Part shown: piece after piece, positions 1 through 11,849 of the stretch
Position numbering within the stretch: the first letter of the stretch is position 1
Layout of the letters: every line of letters starts with the position of its first letter
Assembly: GCF_040938485.1 (NCBI RefSeq)
Contig: NW_027272106.1
Coordinates: 496,001 to 560,000, forward strand
Reading direction: 5' to 3'
Source: Diadema antillarum
Taxonomy: Eukaryota
Length of the DNA stretch: 64,000 bases
Made by a program: the position numbers and the translations under genes
Notes under the pieces: generated by a model
The model's database searches: none
Seen by the model: only the letters and a program-made list of their open reading frames with translations
Told to the model about the DNA's origin: nothing

Positions 1-41
1 CTGCCCAAGTATACTCGAGACTATAGTCTTCAATGTGTCAA
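1..41 (-). mobile_element. 93-bp TTAA MITE (family A), partial copy cut by the window start
   Basis: ctgcccaagtatactcgagac...ttcaatg matches the family A end. Confidence 0.6.
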
Positions 42-107
42 AGAAAAGAAAAAGAGAAAGTTGTCAATGATTTCACATTAAAATCTCTTTTATCTGTTTT
101 CTTGCAG

Positions 108-214
108 CTGGTGAGCCTGATGGAGGAATAGGATGTTGTGGGATGATCCTTACTGGGTTGTCATGGATACTCCTCATCTTCACTCTGCCTTTCTCCCTCT
201 TTGTCTGCATTAAA
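108..214 (+). CDS. STOM: Stomatin/band-7 family gene, internal exon (membrane hairpin: GEPDGGIGCCGMILTGLSWILLIFTLPFSLFVCIK)
   Basis: Acceptor ttttcttgcag|108 and donor 214|gtaagt. 107 bp, open with 2 leading nt. Encodes the hydrophobic hairpin with the conserved Pro (TLPFS) and the CIK end typical of stomatins. Confidence 0.95.
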
Positions 215-226
215 GTAAGTCAAATA

Positions 227-434
227 TACTGTAGAACAGGAATTTTTTGCTTGCATAGAATTTTTGCAAATTTTTAGAGTAGCCACGATTGAGAGTAAAA
301 TGCATTCATTATTGTTTGTCTACACAATGCATTGAACATGAGTGGCGATTCGCAAAAGTTCCATGACACACAAACAAAAGGCCGTTTAGCCCCAATACAT
401 GAAAATTTCATGCCACCAATGTTTCTGATTCTAG
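227..434. mobile_element. Tc1/mariner-like MITE (TA-ctgta end), degenerate; same family as 43470-43680, opposite orientation
   Basis: Starts tactgtagaac. Internal gtctacacaatgcattgaa and ttcgcaaaagttccatg match the reverse complement of the 43470 copy. Right boundary approximate. Confidence 0.65.
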
Positions 435-1364
435 TGGTGTACCTTATTCCTTGTTACTGTTTACCCTCCCTCGCCCACGCTCTTACTTTTTGTATGCCAT
501 TGTATTTTTTCCTGTGGTCAATTAATCTTATTTCTTCCCTTTACTTCCCTTTTGTGTATCAGTTTCTCCTCTATCATGGATTGTTTGTTTCTTATCTTTG
601 TGTTGCTGTCATTTGATTATTGTGAGTTGCAGGATTTAAATAGGTGTGCAAAGAGCATTTAGATTTTAAAATACATTACTAATCAACAATGCATTGTGAC
701 TTTTTCGTTGAAAAGAAAGTTGTACGATGATAAATCTTCACACTCCAGGCAGTTTTGCTGCAAAATTGATATGAATGAAACAAGAGTTCAGTGTGTCCTC
801 TCAGGGGAAGGAATATATCTTCATTATTTACTGAGTGGTCTGTCACCCTTCTTGGATCTATTTACTTTAATTCAATACATTTTTTAATACAAAATGTGAT
901 TATTTTGCCCCCATTTTGACTTCCACAAATCCATCTTTGTGTATACCCGACAGTCAAGGTTGAAGTCGAATGAAGACATCAAATGCGTTGAAAATAAAAA
1001 GTCAGATTTTACACTGTGTATAAGAAGTAAAACCCACATGTACAGAATACTGTGGTGCACATTCCTTCCAATGTGTCAACTCTGCAAGAACAAGAATTAC
1101 TCACACAAGGTACCTTTAAAATAGTCTGACACTTCTGAAGAGGACTCTTTCCGAGGTACCAAGTGGGGGAAATTATACTAATAAACAAAATTATGTGCAT
1201 AATTTGCTTTAGAAAATGATGAAGCAGATCCTGCTCATGTGATAAATCATTGTGAGTAGATAACACAATTAAATCTTGCCCAATCACCATTGTGAAGTAA
1301 AAGTTCTAATGACCTGTCATTATACGGTACTAATGACCAATCCTTATACTCTATTATATACCTC

Positions 1365-1619
1365 ATATCGTCGCTTGGGCGACAAGACCTCGTATCTACA
1401 AAATGTCAAATGTTCAGGAGAGCCAAAAAACATGGTGGCCAAAGCACAGTGGTGAATGGGACAGCCATTCCTTTGACATGCCGTAGTGGCTTCATTTTTG
1501 GAGTAAGACAGTTGGGATTTGGACAGGACATCACTTAACCCATTATTTGACCATTAATCCAAAAAAGTCATTTTCACCAAAATTGCAGATACAAGGTCTT
1601 GTCACCCCAGCGACGATAT
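1365..1619. repeat. Inverted repeat pair (37 bp, 4 mismatches), remnant of a palindromic non-autonomous element
   Basis: atatcgtcgcttgggcgacaagacctcgtatctacaa (1365-1401) vs ttgcagatacaaggtcttgtcaccccagcgacgatat (1583-1619). Confidence 0.75.
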
Positions 1620-1908
1620 ATAAATTGCTCTCATCTGATTGGTTAAAAGTGGAGTCATGAAAATAGCTGTGCCCCATTTTTGATCAAAATGACGTCATGA
1701 TTTACTGTGCCCGGGCATAGAATCACCTGTGCCCTGTAAATAGGTTTGGAGACAGTCGCAACCCCGAACACATAGATCACTCATATGTACGCACCTATGA
1801 TAATAACCGCCGCGCTGTCGATCAGCATTGATTATGAGTGCTGTAAAAGAGAGTAGAATCTGTATTTTCAGTATCTGTATTTCGGAATCTATATTTTTGG
1901 TATATAAA

Positions 1909-2057
1909 ACAAATAATGACAGCTTGATATTCGGGGCACAGTTAAAATTATGGGCCCAAGGTGATGTGAAAACCATAACTATGCTCGAAGCAAAGCTGAG
2001 GGCATAGTTATGGTTTTCACATCACTGAGGGCCTACCTCAAAGCAGTCATTATTTGT
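1909..2057. mobile_element. Long hairpin element with GA/GA-mismatch core (unclassified family H)
   Basis: Perfect 24-bp arms 1961-1984/2002-2025, outer arms acaaataatgacagctt/aagcagtcattatttgt, core ctc-GA-agc-AAA-gct-GA-ggg. Confidence 0.8.
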
Positions 2058-2069
2058 ATACTAATGACC

Positions 2070-5000
2070 CGACCAGGTCAGGTCGGGTTCTTCCCTGGCC
2101 TTACGGCCTGGGGGGACCTGCTACTGGTAACCTGTAGCCCAGTACTACCTGTCTCAGGGTCGAGCTCTCGGCGACTAAACCGTAAACCCCACTGGCTTCC
2201 CAGTAGGGAAGTTACGGTGAGGAGGGTGGCTGGACACCCTGATGGAATGAAAAAGAAGATCCATCTTAAGGGCGTATGAGCTCAAACATGAGCCACCGGC
2301 CATCCAGCAACACGGAGTGGAGCCCCGATAGGCGGTCTGTGGATAAACTCTGTCAACACTTCGGCAGCTCCTGCAGCCAAACTGGTGCCAAACGTATTGC
2401 AGCGCATTCCTTTGGACTCAATCAGCGAGGCCGAGAGGGGTCCTCTGATGCATGGGCAACTCAGGGTATCCATATGTATGCCCAGGCTTATACCCTGGAG
2501 AGGTCACTCCAGTTTCGCTATGCAGCGTAAGCACAACACGGAAGACAGCAGTTACGAGTTATAAGTCCAACTTGATTGGCGTAAAGTAGGGCGCTACGGG
2601 TTGTCTTCGACGGTGGGAGAGGCCATCGCGTCTCATTGGACAGCTACCGCCCGCCTCAAGCTGGGCAGCCCCCAGCCAATAAGGTGCTGACCCGCCACAG
2701 TCCACCTGCTTCAATGGGTGCTTGGAGCTAGAGCAAAACTTGAAAAGTGGACTGTAACACTGCACCAGGCAAATCAATGAAGAAGACAAAGAAACTACCT
2801 ACCCTACGTTTGGCAACATGGAACGTACGAACTATGTGCACTGGCCTTTCTGATGACTTACAGCAGATTTCTGATGCAAGGAAAACTGCTGTGATTGACC
2901 TCGAGCTTTCCAGACTTAATGTTGATATAGCAGCACTGCAAGAAACCAGGATCTCATCCAGTGGTTCTTTGCAAGAACAGAACTATACCTTCTTTTGGCA
3001 AGGAAAGGCTCCCGACGAACCATGTCTGCATGGCGTAGGTTTTGCTGTGAAAAATACCCTTCTTTCGTCAATTGAACCCCCATCAGGTGGATCTGAGCGT
3101 ATACTGACCTTGCGTCTTTCAACGTCTGCAGGTATGGTCAACATCGTGAGTATCTATGCCCCTACACTTTGTTCATCAACAGATGTTAAGGATCACTTCT
3201 ACGATGATCTAGATGCTGTCATTAGCAGAATTCCTACGTCTGAACACCTGTTCCTACTTGGTGACTTCAATGCAAGAGTTGGAGCTGACTACGAATCATG
3301 GCCCGACTGCCTTGGTCAACATGGCATTGGAAAACTAAATGAGAATGGTCAGAGACTACTTGAATTGTGCTCATATCGAGCTCTCTGTATCACCAATTCC
3401 TACTTTATGACCAAATCTTGCCACAGAGTCTCATGGAAACATCCACGATCAGGCCACTGGCACCAGTTGGATCTCATAATCACCAGGCGTGTTAATTTGG
3501 GCAGCGTCCTCATCTCCCGCAGTTACCATAGTGCAGACTGTGATACCGACCATTCTCTTGTATGTAGCCGAGTTCGACTACAACCAAAGAAGCTGCATCG
3601 AAATAAGCAGAAATGTCTGCCTCGCATCAACACCTGCAACACTGGAATCCCAATGTTGGCTCATCAGTTCCTTAATACACTCAAGGAAGACCTTTCAGAC
3701 TGCATGGAAAAAGGAAAAGATAAGGATGAAGACTGCAACTCAAAGTGGAACAACCTTCGTAACACTATCTATACAGCGGCTCTCTCTACTTTTGGGAAGA
3801 AACTAAGGAGGAATCCTGATTGGTTTGAGGAAAATGCAAGTACAATGAAAGCAGTTCTGGATAAGAAACGTGAAGCCTATCTAAACTACAAACTCAATCC
3901 AGACAGGGAAACACTATCTGTCCTGAAAGCTGCCAAGAGTGCTGCGCAAAGATTAGCCAGAAGTTGTGCAAATAACTACTGGATGAAGTTATGTCACAAT
4001 ATCCAACTTTCCTCTGACACTGGGAATGTAAGACGAATGTATGAGGGAATCAAGAAAGCCATAGGCCCACAGATTAAGAAGATTGCCCCTCTTAAAACAA
4101 AGACAGGTGAAATCATCACTGACAAGGTGAAGCAAATGGAGAGATGGATTGAACACTATTTTGAGTTGTATTCAAGGGAAAATGTTGTCTCTGAACTTGC
4201 CCTAGATGCTGTTGACTGCTTGCCTATTATGCATGAACTTGATGCCAAACCAGCTGTAGAGGAGCTTGGCGATGCCATTGATTCACTCGCAAGTGGAAAA
4301 GCACCAGGAGAGGACGGCATAACCTCTGAGGTCATCAAGTGTGGGAAACCTGTTCTCCTTAAACACCTCCATGAGTTTTTTTGTCAGTGCTGGGAGGAAG
4401 GTACAGTCCCTCAGGACTTTCGCGATACCAGCATTAGTACTCTGTACAAGAACAAGGGAGATCGCAGTGACTGTAACAATTACCGTGGAATCTCTTTGCT
4501 GAATATAGTTGGGAAAGTTTTTGCTCGTATTGTTCTGTACCGCCTGCAGTTCTTGGCCAACCGCATCTACCCTGAATCCCAGTGTGGTTTTAGGGAAGGC
4601 AGATCTACCATTGACATGATCTTCTCTCTCCGGCAACTGCAAGAAAAATGCAGGGAACAGAAGAAACCACTTTATGTAGCCTTCATAGACTTAACAAAGG
4701 CTTTTGACTTAGTTAGCAGAAAGGGGCTCTTCAGATTGCTCCAGAAGATCGGCTGTCCTCCAAAATTGCTGGCCATCATCTCTTCATTCCATGACGGCAT
4801 GTACAGCACAGTGCGATATGATGGGTCAATCTCCGCACCTTTCCCAATCTGTAACGGGGTGAAACAAGGATGCGTCCTGGCACCGACTTTGTTTGGTATT
4901 TTCTTCTCTATGCTGCTGTCCTATGCCTTTGAGAATGCTACCGAGGGTATCTACATACACACAAGATCTGATGGCAAGCTGTTCAATCTGGCCCGTCTGA

Positions 5001-6055
5001 AGGCAAAGACCAAAGTGCGTCATGTACTAATCAGGGAAATGCTGTTTGCAGACGATGCAGCATTCGCAGCTCATACAGAAGAAGCCCTCCAAACTATCAT
5101 GGATAGATTCTCGCAAGCATGCAAGGAGTTCGGACTTTCAATCAGCCTACAGAAGACCAAAGTCATGTGCCAGGGAGTTGAAACCCCTCCCTCCATCACT
5201 ATTAACAATTACCAGTTGGATGCTGTCAACAGCTTCACTTACTTGGGCTCAACCATTACTAGCAACATGTCTCTGGACGCTGAGCTGGGTAAACGTATTG
5301 GCAAGGCCTCTACTGTTATGGCTATGCTCACCAAACGAGTATGGATGAACAAGAAGCTTACAGTAAACACCAAAATCTGCGTTTATCAGGCTTGCATCCT
5401 GAGCACATTGCTGTATAGCAGTGAGACCTGGCCTCTGTATGCATCCCAGGAAAGACGTTTGAATAGCTTCCACCTTCGTTGCCTTCGACGCATACTGGGC
5501 ATAACTTGGAAGGATAAAGTCCCAAACACTGATGTCCTAAAACATGCTAAGATGTCAAGCATGTTTTCCCTGCTGAGTCAAAGGCGTCTACGATGGATAG
5601 GACATGTGTACAGAATGGATGATGGTCGTATCCCAAAGGACATCTTATATGGAGAGCTTGCCACTGGTTCCAGAGCTATTGGTCGGCCAAACCTCAGGTA
5701 CAAGGATGTCTGCAAGCGTGACATGAAAGCAAATGGTTTGAAAGTGGAGAGTTGGGAAACCATTGCTGCAGATCGTACAAGTTGGAGACTTGTCGTACGT
5801 GATGGTATCATACATGGGGAAACACAGAGAAATGCAAAGACACTGGAATCCAGGAAAGCTCGCAAACAGAGGTCAGCAGCTATGCCCATAACATCCCCAC
5901 ATCCAACCTCTTTTATTTGCAGCAAGTGTAGCAGAGACTGCCATTCAAGAATTGGCCTTTTCAGCCATAGTAGGAAATGCTCCAGCAAGAAATAAATTGA
6001 GTGTCATATGCAAGGTATATACCATTGTCTCACGAGACAGATGGATGCCAACAAC
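2070..6055 (+). mobile_element. Full-length RTE-clade non-LTR retrotransposon (LINE) in a stomatin intron
   Basis: About 700 bp 5' UTR and a single APE+RT ORF. 3' stem-loop tgtctc-ac-gagaca (6026-6039), short CAA-repeat tail, and 7-bp TSD AATGACC at 2063-2069 and 6056-6062. Confidence 0.95.
2777..5995 (+). CDS. RTE ORF: AP endonuclease + reverse transcriptase + C-terminal CCHC-type zinc finger
   Basis: Uninterrupted ORF; first ATG at 2777 (the track starts at GTG 2747). APE motifs LATWNVRT, AALQETR, LGDFNARVG, TDHSLV. RT motifs YRGISLL, QCGFR, FIDLTKAFD, GVKQGCVLAP, LFADD, YLGS. Ends CSKCSRDCHSRIGLFSHSRKC. Confidence 0.96.
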   Translation: MKKTKKLPTLRLATWNVRTMCTGLSDDLQQISDARKTAVIDLELSRLNVDIAALQETRISSSGSLQEQNYTFFWQGKAPDEPCLHGVGFAVKNTLLSSIEPPSGGSERILTLRLSTSAGMVNIVSIYAPTLCSSTDVKDHFYDDLDAVISRIPTSEHLFLLGDFNARVGADYESWPDCLGQHGIGKLNENGQRLLELCSYRALCITNSYFMTKSCHRVSWKHPRSGHWHQLDLIITRRVNLGSVLISRSYHSADCDTDHSLVCSRVRLQPKKLHRNKQKCLPRINTCNTGIPMLAHQFLNTLKEDLSDCMEKGKDKDEDCNSKWNNLRNTIYTAALSTFGKKLRRNPDWFEENASTMKAVLDKKREAYLNYKLNPDRETLSVLKAAKSAAQRLARSCANNYWMKLCHNIQLSSDTGNVRRMYEGIKKAIGPQIKKIAPLKTKTGEIITDKVKQMERWIEHYFELYSRENVVSELALDAVDCLPIMHELDAKPAVEELGDAIDSLASGKAPGEDGITSEVIKCGKPVLLKHLHEFFCQCWEEGTVPQDFRDTSISTLYKNKGDRSDCNNYRGISLLNIVGKVFARIVLYRLQFLANRIYPESQCGFREGRSTIDMIFSLRQLQEKCREQKKPLYVAFIDLTKAFDLVSRKGLFRLLQKIGCPPKLLAIISSFHDGMYSTVRYDGSISAPFPICNGVKQGCVLAPTLFGIFFSMLLSYAFENATEGIYIHTRSDGKLFNLARLKAKTKVRHVLIREMLFADDAAFAAHTEEALQTIMDRFSQACKEFGLSISLQKTKVMCQGVETPPSITINNYQLDAVNSFTYLGSTITSNMSLDAELGKRIGKASTVMAMLTKRVWMNKKLTVNTKICVYQACILSTLLYSSETWPLYASQERRLNSFHLRCLRRILGITWKDKVPNTDVLKHAKMSSMFSLLSQRRLRWIGHVYRMDDGRIPKDILYGELATGSRAIGRPNLRYKDVCKRDMKANGLKVESWETIAADRTSWRLVVRDGIIHGETQRNAKTLESRKARKQRSAAMPITSPHPTSFICSKCSRDCHSRIGLFSHSRKCSSKK

Positions 6056-6594
6056 AATGACCAGTCATAAGCATAATTACATTATAGGCAAAGCAAATGC
6101 CTTGTCATGTGTACGCTCTCAGCCAATTGGTTTATTAGGTTTTGCTACATCGTTTCATAACATTTAAGAATAGTATTTAGTCTAAAACACTAATGGTAAA
6201 GATGGACATTTTATGTGCAGGCCGATGAGTGATGTATAAATGACCACTCATTTGATAATAATAGAAAGGGTTGTGAAAACATATTTGTACATATACCACA
6301 TGCATATTTGATCTGACAAGATTAATAATCATGGTCAGAAAGGACAGCCATTGGCAAGATAAATACAAATATTGATTATGGGGCACACCTTTTAAAAGTC
6401 TGCGCATGCAGAGTGTGCAATATGTGGTTCAGGCAGTGAAAAAGTGCATGTTTTCCCCTTCTTGCAAAGCAACGTGTGAAGATTCTATTATGGGAATTTC
6501 AGCAAGTTGTACTCTGGTGTGATTAGATTGATGTATTGGAGTACCCATGAGGCGGGTGTAGAATCATCCCTCAGGCGGCAGACTTGGATTCATA

Positions 6595-6687
6595 TTAACC
6601 CATTGAGGATGGACTGATTTTGCCATAACACGCATTTCCTATAGACGCCTGCCCGAGTATTCTCTGGACTTGTCTTCAGCGGGTTAA
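6595..6687 (-). mobile_element. 93-bp piggyBac-type TTAA MITE (family A)
   Basis: TTAA-CCC...GGG-TTAA termini, 93 bp. Confidence 0.85.
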
Positions 6688-8171
6688 CCCCCACCCCTAC
6701 CATATTTTCCTCCATACCCCCCCCCCCCCACACACACACACATATGTGCAGTCAAAAATCTATTTGGTTCACACATGTACATTGTATGTGTGTAGATGCT
6801 GAAATTCAATGACAACAGGATAAAACAAAATGAATGGAGTCATGAGCAGCATAGAACTACAATTGAAAACAAATCATTAAGGTGAAACAGTACTGTAAAC
6901 ATTCTGAAAAGGAAACCTATGAGAAGTGATGTAGGGCCTACCTGATAAATGTATCTACGTGAACAAAATGGCCTGTATCTAGATGGCTACCAGCAGAATT
7001 AGACATTTAATGCACAGACTACTAGAAAATTAATGTGTGTGGGTGGAGAAAATACATAATTTTTACCATTATTTTATTTTCTTTCCACACATGGTTGATG
7101 GCATGTGATAAATGCCCTCTCCATATGGCAATGAAGATAATGTTTTGGCAGCCAACAGTTGCAATTTCTGTCCTTTTCTTATACCCTGTTCAATATTTGT
7201 AATTGCAAAGGCACATGTATGTCAAACTGGAAAATCAAATATGAATGAAGTTTGGCAACAGTTCTATTTCAATAGAACTTGCTGATATATGCAAAACTCT
7301 GACAAGTGTGGAATTGCAGTGCAAAGGGAAATACTTCAAAGCAATGCTTGTTCAGTGTTCACATCGCTTCTAGCACGGGAAGGGTGCACTGCAATCACAG
7401 AAATGAATCCACTGAAAGACTTGTATGCCGAGAAAGTACTGCACACAGGCATACAATTTACCCAGAGGGAATAAGAAGTGAATGCAGTGGGTCGTACATC
7501 AAAAGCAGACATGATGTGATGTGCTAGCAGGATCAGATATAAAGATAGGAGGAGAGTGTTCGTGCCTTTTTTTGTGTGTGTGTGCATCTTCCGCTATCTA
7601 CGTGGGGGCCTTCCATAATTGGACCGTGACATTTTGAAAGAAATCTCCTGGTCTTTGGCTTATTGTTGGTTCGCCTTGGCTTAGCGTAGCCGCGGCACCC
7701 CGTTGTGATCTACCAAGAGTCCCAGGAAACAGGTGCAAGAGCTACACTTAAGCACCTATGGATGCCAGTGGTATCACGGGGATGGTTTCTTTTCCGTCTT
7801 CTCTCTGTTTTCGTCCTTTTTTTTCGGGATGGGGGGTGGATTCCATTTTCTGCTTGACACATACTTGAGCATGCTAATTGGATTCCTCTACCCAGCAATG
7901 GACGTGGGGGTGTGAGCGGCTGTCGTCATTGTTGTTCGACAGAGAGGGGGAAATTGGGTTGCTGGGAGGCAGAGGAGGACGAGGGAGGCAGAGGAGGACA
8001 AGGGAGGGGTGGGCTGGTAGGAGGGACTTTATTTTCTCTTGTTAACTGGAGTGTGACCATGATTGCCTGGTGTGGAGGCTAAGGATGCCCATCCTTGGAT
8101 GTGTAGCTTGGTTTCTCCCTTGATTTCCTCTCCCAATCAACCTTTGTTCGATGGAGATTGGGAGGAATAAT

Positions 8172-8334
8172 CAGGGCCCCGTTTCGTAAAAAGTTGATAT
8201 GATAGCAACTCTTGCTGGGATGGCAATTGTCATGGTAACGGCAAGAATCCAGCTTCCTGATTGGCTGTTGCTATTGGAAGTTGCCATTCCAGCAAGAGTT
8301 GCTATCCTAACATCTTTTATGAAATGTGGCCCTG
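8172..8334. mobile_element. Palindromic MITE, cagggcccc-type ends (family D, possibly PIF/Harbinger-like)
   Basis: cagggccccgtttcgtaaaa vs ttttatgaaatgtggccctg; internal arms gatagcaactcttgctgg/ccagcaagagttgctatc. Confidence 0.8.
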
Positions 8335-9060
8335 AAGCTTCACAAAAAAATCTCATCAGTGCATTGTTTTGTTGGTTGAAAATGATAAGGGCATCAAGTT
8401 GCCACTATTCAAAGGCTATAGTGTTCAAGGCACCTTAGCCCCCTTATCATTCTCATCCGCAGCTCATCCGATGTTTTTTTTTTTCCTTTGTAGCAGAACT
8501 GTGATGTTAATGAAGCTCTATTAGGGAATACTCATACTTAGATTTTCATAACAAAATCAACTGTTGGAAAAAAATGACTCAGTGTTAAAGTTCATTCCTA
8601 CATACCTCTGTTGCAAGAATACTGCTTAAAGTCTGTTGAACATCTAGACCTGCAGAATTGGACATGAAATGAATTATGCATGTAAGAGGAGTTTTATGTC
8701 CAGGGGAATAATATTTCTACTGGACAGGAAAGATATTTCAGTTTCAAATAGATGGAATTCTGGGACTGCAGTTGGCTTGTTTTTAGATTCTGAGAGGAAA
8801 AAATCTTTATGTTGATTTCCATTGTGATAATATTTGCATTATCTAAAGTCTCATTTTGCAAGTAGTTTAAACCAATTTTTCTTTGTCTGCTTACATAATT
8901 TCCTGTTGAAGATTACAGAATAATATCCTACAACAACCCACCATGCTATCAAAAATGTATATTTTCCATTGAAATCTCCCCCCAAATAAGTTGAAATCAT
9001 GTGAACAAGCAGAGTATAATAGGAAGGTGAGGAGATATACAGAAATGGTCCAAGAAATAT

Positions 9061-9149
9061 CACGTTGAGGACAAGTCCTGAGTATACTCGGGCAAGCGTC
9101 TATGGTAAATGCGTGTTGTAGCAAAATCAGCATGTCCTCAAAGGGTTAA
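9061..9149 (+). mobile_element. TTAA MITE family A, left end degraded
   Basis: gttgaggacaagtcctgagtatactcgggc...gtcctcaaagggttaa. Confidence 0.8.
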
Positions 9150-9221
9150 GGGCGCATACATGTATCTACAATTGTATGTGTACATTGCCAGCAGTGAGAG
9201 TGTATTGCGCAGGAGAAGATT

Positions 9222-9866
9222 TGTGACCCGCTACAACAAAAGTTTCCAAAAGCCAAGGGGGATTTTCTGTAAATGACATGACATTATTTCCTTACTCTTC
9301 TGCTTTGATTTCATATATAACACAACTCAAAAGTACTCGGATGCAGAGATATTAATCATTTTATGAGACCATGTTTAGTGGTCTAGGAAAACAGCGTTTT
9401 GAGAAAACTTACTTCAAAGTTTTCTTTCCGATGCAATTGTGATCAAGGGGAGGTAAGACAGTTTTCATCTCTTGACAATAGAAGGTCTGCTCCTAGCAAC
9501 CTCCGTGATGTTCATTCAAGCTTAGCGCCTGCGTTCTATGCACGACCAATCAGTAACCAAGATGCGATGCACTGACCAATAAGATCACTCTCTCATTGCC
9601 AGGGGCGGAGTCTATTTGCAGCGCTAAATCCGAATCTACGGACACGTTGTTGTTCCGTTGAAAGTCTGAAAATCATAGCCCAGAAAAATGCTAATTTCTC
9701 GTCTTTCCCTCAATCATTTAGCTTCAAAATTTCCGCAGATGATAGACAAAAAATTAGACTACAACATTATGCCAACAGCAGAAATTTTGAGTGATCTGAC
9801 TTCAAACTCAATTTTCTCGGCTCAGAAATCAGCAACTTTTGGATCCTTTTGTTGTGGTGGGTCACA
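9222..9866. mobile_element. Non-autonomous DNA transposon with 31-bp TIRs (TGTGACCC ends)
   Basis: tgtgacccgctacaacaaaagtttccaaaag vs reverse complement of right end tgtgacccaccacaacaaaaggatccaaaag (4 mismatches). No ORF inside. Confidence 0.8.
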
Positions 9867-10626
9867 TTTGATTAGAGGAACCGGAGGTTCTAGCACATTT
9901 TCAGTGGATGACTATGTTAGAATCTTCATCTTTCCTGTCATCTACTTGAGCCTCCCCTCCCCTCCCCTCACCCCCCCCCCCCCCCCCATCCCCGGAGAAT
10001 TGGCAGGATCGATTTCAAAATAGGCCAGAAAAGATGATGAAGTATTTTCATGCAAGGCTGGCCTTGAGGATTTTTTTCCAAGTGTTAAAAGAACCTTAAC
10101 CCTTTGTGTATCAAATTTTCATGCAGGGCATATGTAATAATGAAACTTTGGTCAAGCATAGAGGCATGTGGACAATCTGTCACTTTCACAGACAGAGGTG
10201 AAGAATCATCACAGACTTCAAAAGAAACCATAAGGAAGAAACCTGCCTTGTATTTTGATACAATTTGTTGAGGGTGTGAAAGCTCATTATCTTTTTGCCA
10301 TTGTATGTTTTGTTCCGGTCCCATCAGTAAACTGGAACATTCATGCAGCTATGTCAAATTTTATGACCTGTGTCTTTCACTTACTGGTTTGTTTGCATGT
10401 TTGTTTTTCCATCATTTAACTAGCTTTGCTCCCAGGCTTCATTTTAAAAAAAATTTCTATCAAACAGAAATGCACTTCCGAGATTACTCCCGTCAAGTTA
10501 GTACTTTACACAGATGTCATTAGAATACTGAAACGATGTGATAATTTAAACCAAATATCTGTACTCTCCTGACGTTGATCATGAATATTCGTTTTGTTGT
10601 TCCTTTTGTTCTTGCCATGCTGACAG

Positions 10627-10699
10627 GTTGTTCAGGAGTATGAGCGTGCTGTCATATTCAGATTGGGTCGTCTGTTGCCTGGAGGAGCAAAGGGACCTG
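10627..10699 (+). CDS. STOM: Stomatin exon ([25 protein letters not shown])
   Basis: gacag|10627 and 10699|gtatgt. 73 bp; phases fit both neighbours. Canonical [12 protein letters not shown] motif. Confidence 0.97.
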
Positions 10700-11553
10700 G
10701 TATGTGGATGTGTGGTTGTCTGTCAGTGTGTCAGTTGTGCAATACAAGATCAAGTGGAAAGCTCTTTAAACTTTACCATATCGCTGTAAATTACTGCAAT
10801 AAGAAAAAATAGCAAGTAGAGCTGAAAGACCAAAAATCATTCATTACATGGTTGGTGTGGGTTTTTCTTTTGCACATATAAGATAACGAAATGGGAGTAT
10901 ACGTAATTTGGCCACAGACTGTCTTGAAAGAGAAATAGATTGTTATCCAGGCCTATTTTCTTTCAAAAAAAAAAAAACCATGTTACTCAACAGCCTGATC
11001 ACTAAGATTAAAAAAGAGATTTTATACAACATATTTGTTTCTTTAAACTTTGCAAGTGATAGACTTGTTTAGTATAACTTCAGCATAAGGAATATTGTCC
11101 AGTCATCATTTCTATCTACCTTAGATATGAAAGTGTTGCTCTGTACAAAGCAGTATTTATTTATCATTTGATTTATTTATTTATTCATTTGCTTATTTAT
11201 TCATTCTTGTATTTATGTATGTGTTTATCTTTTTATTGTTATTTATTCATTATTCATTATTTATATATCTATTCAGCCCCATTAGTGATTTAAATACTTT
11301 TTTTCCCTATGGAGACACTGCAACATATTACCAAAGTAACAATTAATTCAAGATGTACAAAGTAACAAGTCAAGGATATCCAGTTTTACATAACAACATA
11401 TAAACCAAGGGAATGTAAATGCAAAATGCATCAATGAAAATAAAAAAAAGTACATCACAATATAATGCAACCAAAGGTGATACCCTTACGTGATAAAGGG
11501 ATATCAAGTTTACCCATTTTTACTCAATGAGAGATGTATCCTTTTATGAATGT

Positions 11554-11646
11554 TTAACCCAGTGAAGAAGAGTTCCGAGAATATTCGGGCAGGTGTCTGT
11601 GGGAAATGCGTGTTACAGCAAAATCAGTCTGTTCTCAAAGGGTTAA
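11554..11646 (+). mobile_element. TTAA MITE family A
   Basis: ttaaccc...gggttaa, 93 bp. Confidence 0.85.
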
Positions 11647-11849
11647 TGAGAAGAAACAGGGGTGAGTGAGGAAAACAATTAGTATTATAGCTAAGCGGTC
11701 ATGCCACAATGTTTCTTGTTTAGCGTTCCACTAGCTATTAGTGCAAAATACTTTTTTTTCTCTGTGAGAGTATTCCTGGTGTTGAGCAGATTTGATAGTT
11801 AGGTAAAAAAAAAATGAACAAATTGGTTAAGCTCACACAGGGTACAGTC

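Noticed and set aside
2070-2776. HDV-like self-cleaving ribozyme in the RTE 5' UTR (known from some RTE elements)
   Set aside because: Several stems are present (acccgacc/ggtcgggt; cagggtat/ataccctg), plus a GGGCAAC near 2454. I could not thread the P1-P2-P3-L3-P1.1-P4 order with correct spacing. A descriptor or covariance-model search would be needed.
2747-2776. GTG start of the RTE ORF given by the ORF track
   Set aside because: The first in-frame ATG is at 2777, shortly before the endonuclease motif; there is no evidence for GTG initiation.
7570-7800. Possible Penelope GIY-YIG C-terminal remnant (AIYV...LDRD-like)
   Set aside because: Only a few residues match, across a frameshift; this is not distinguishable from chance.
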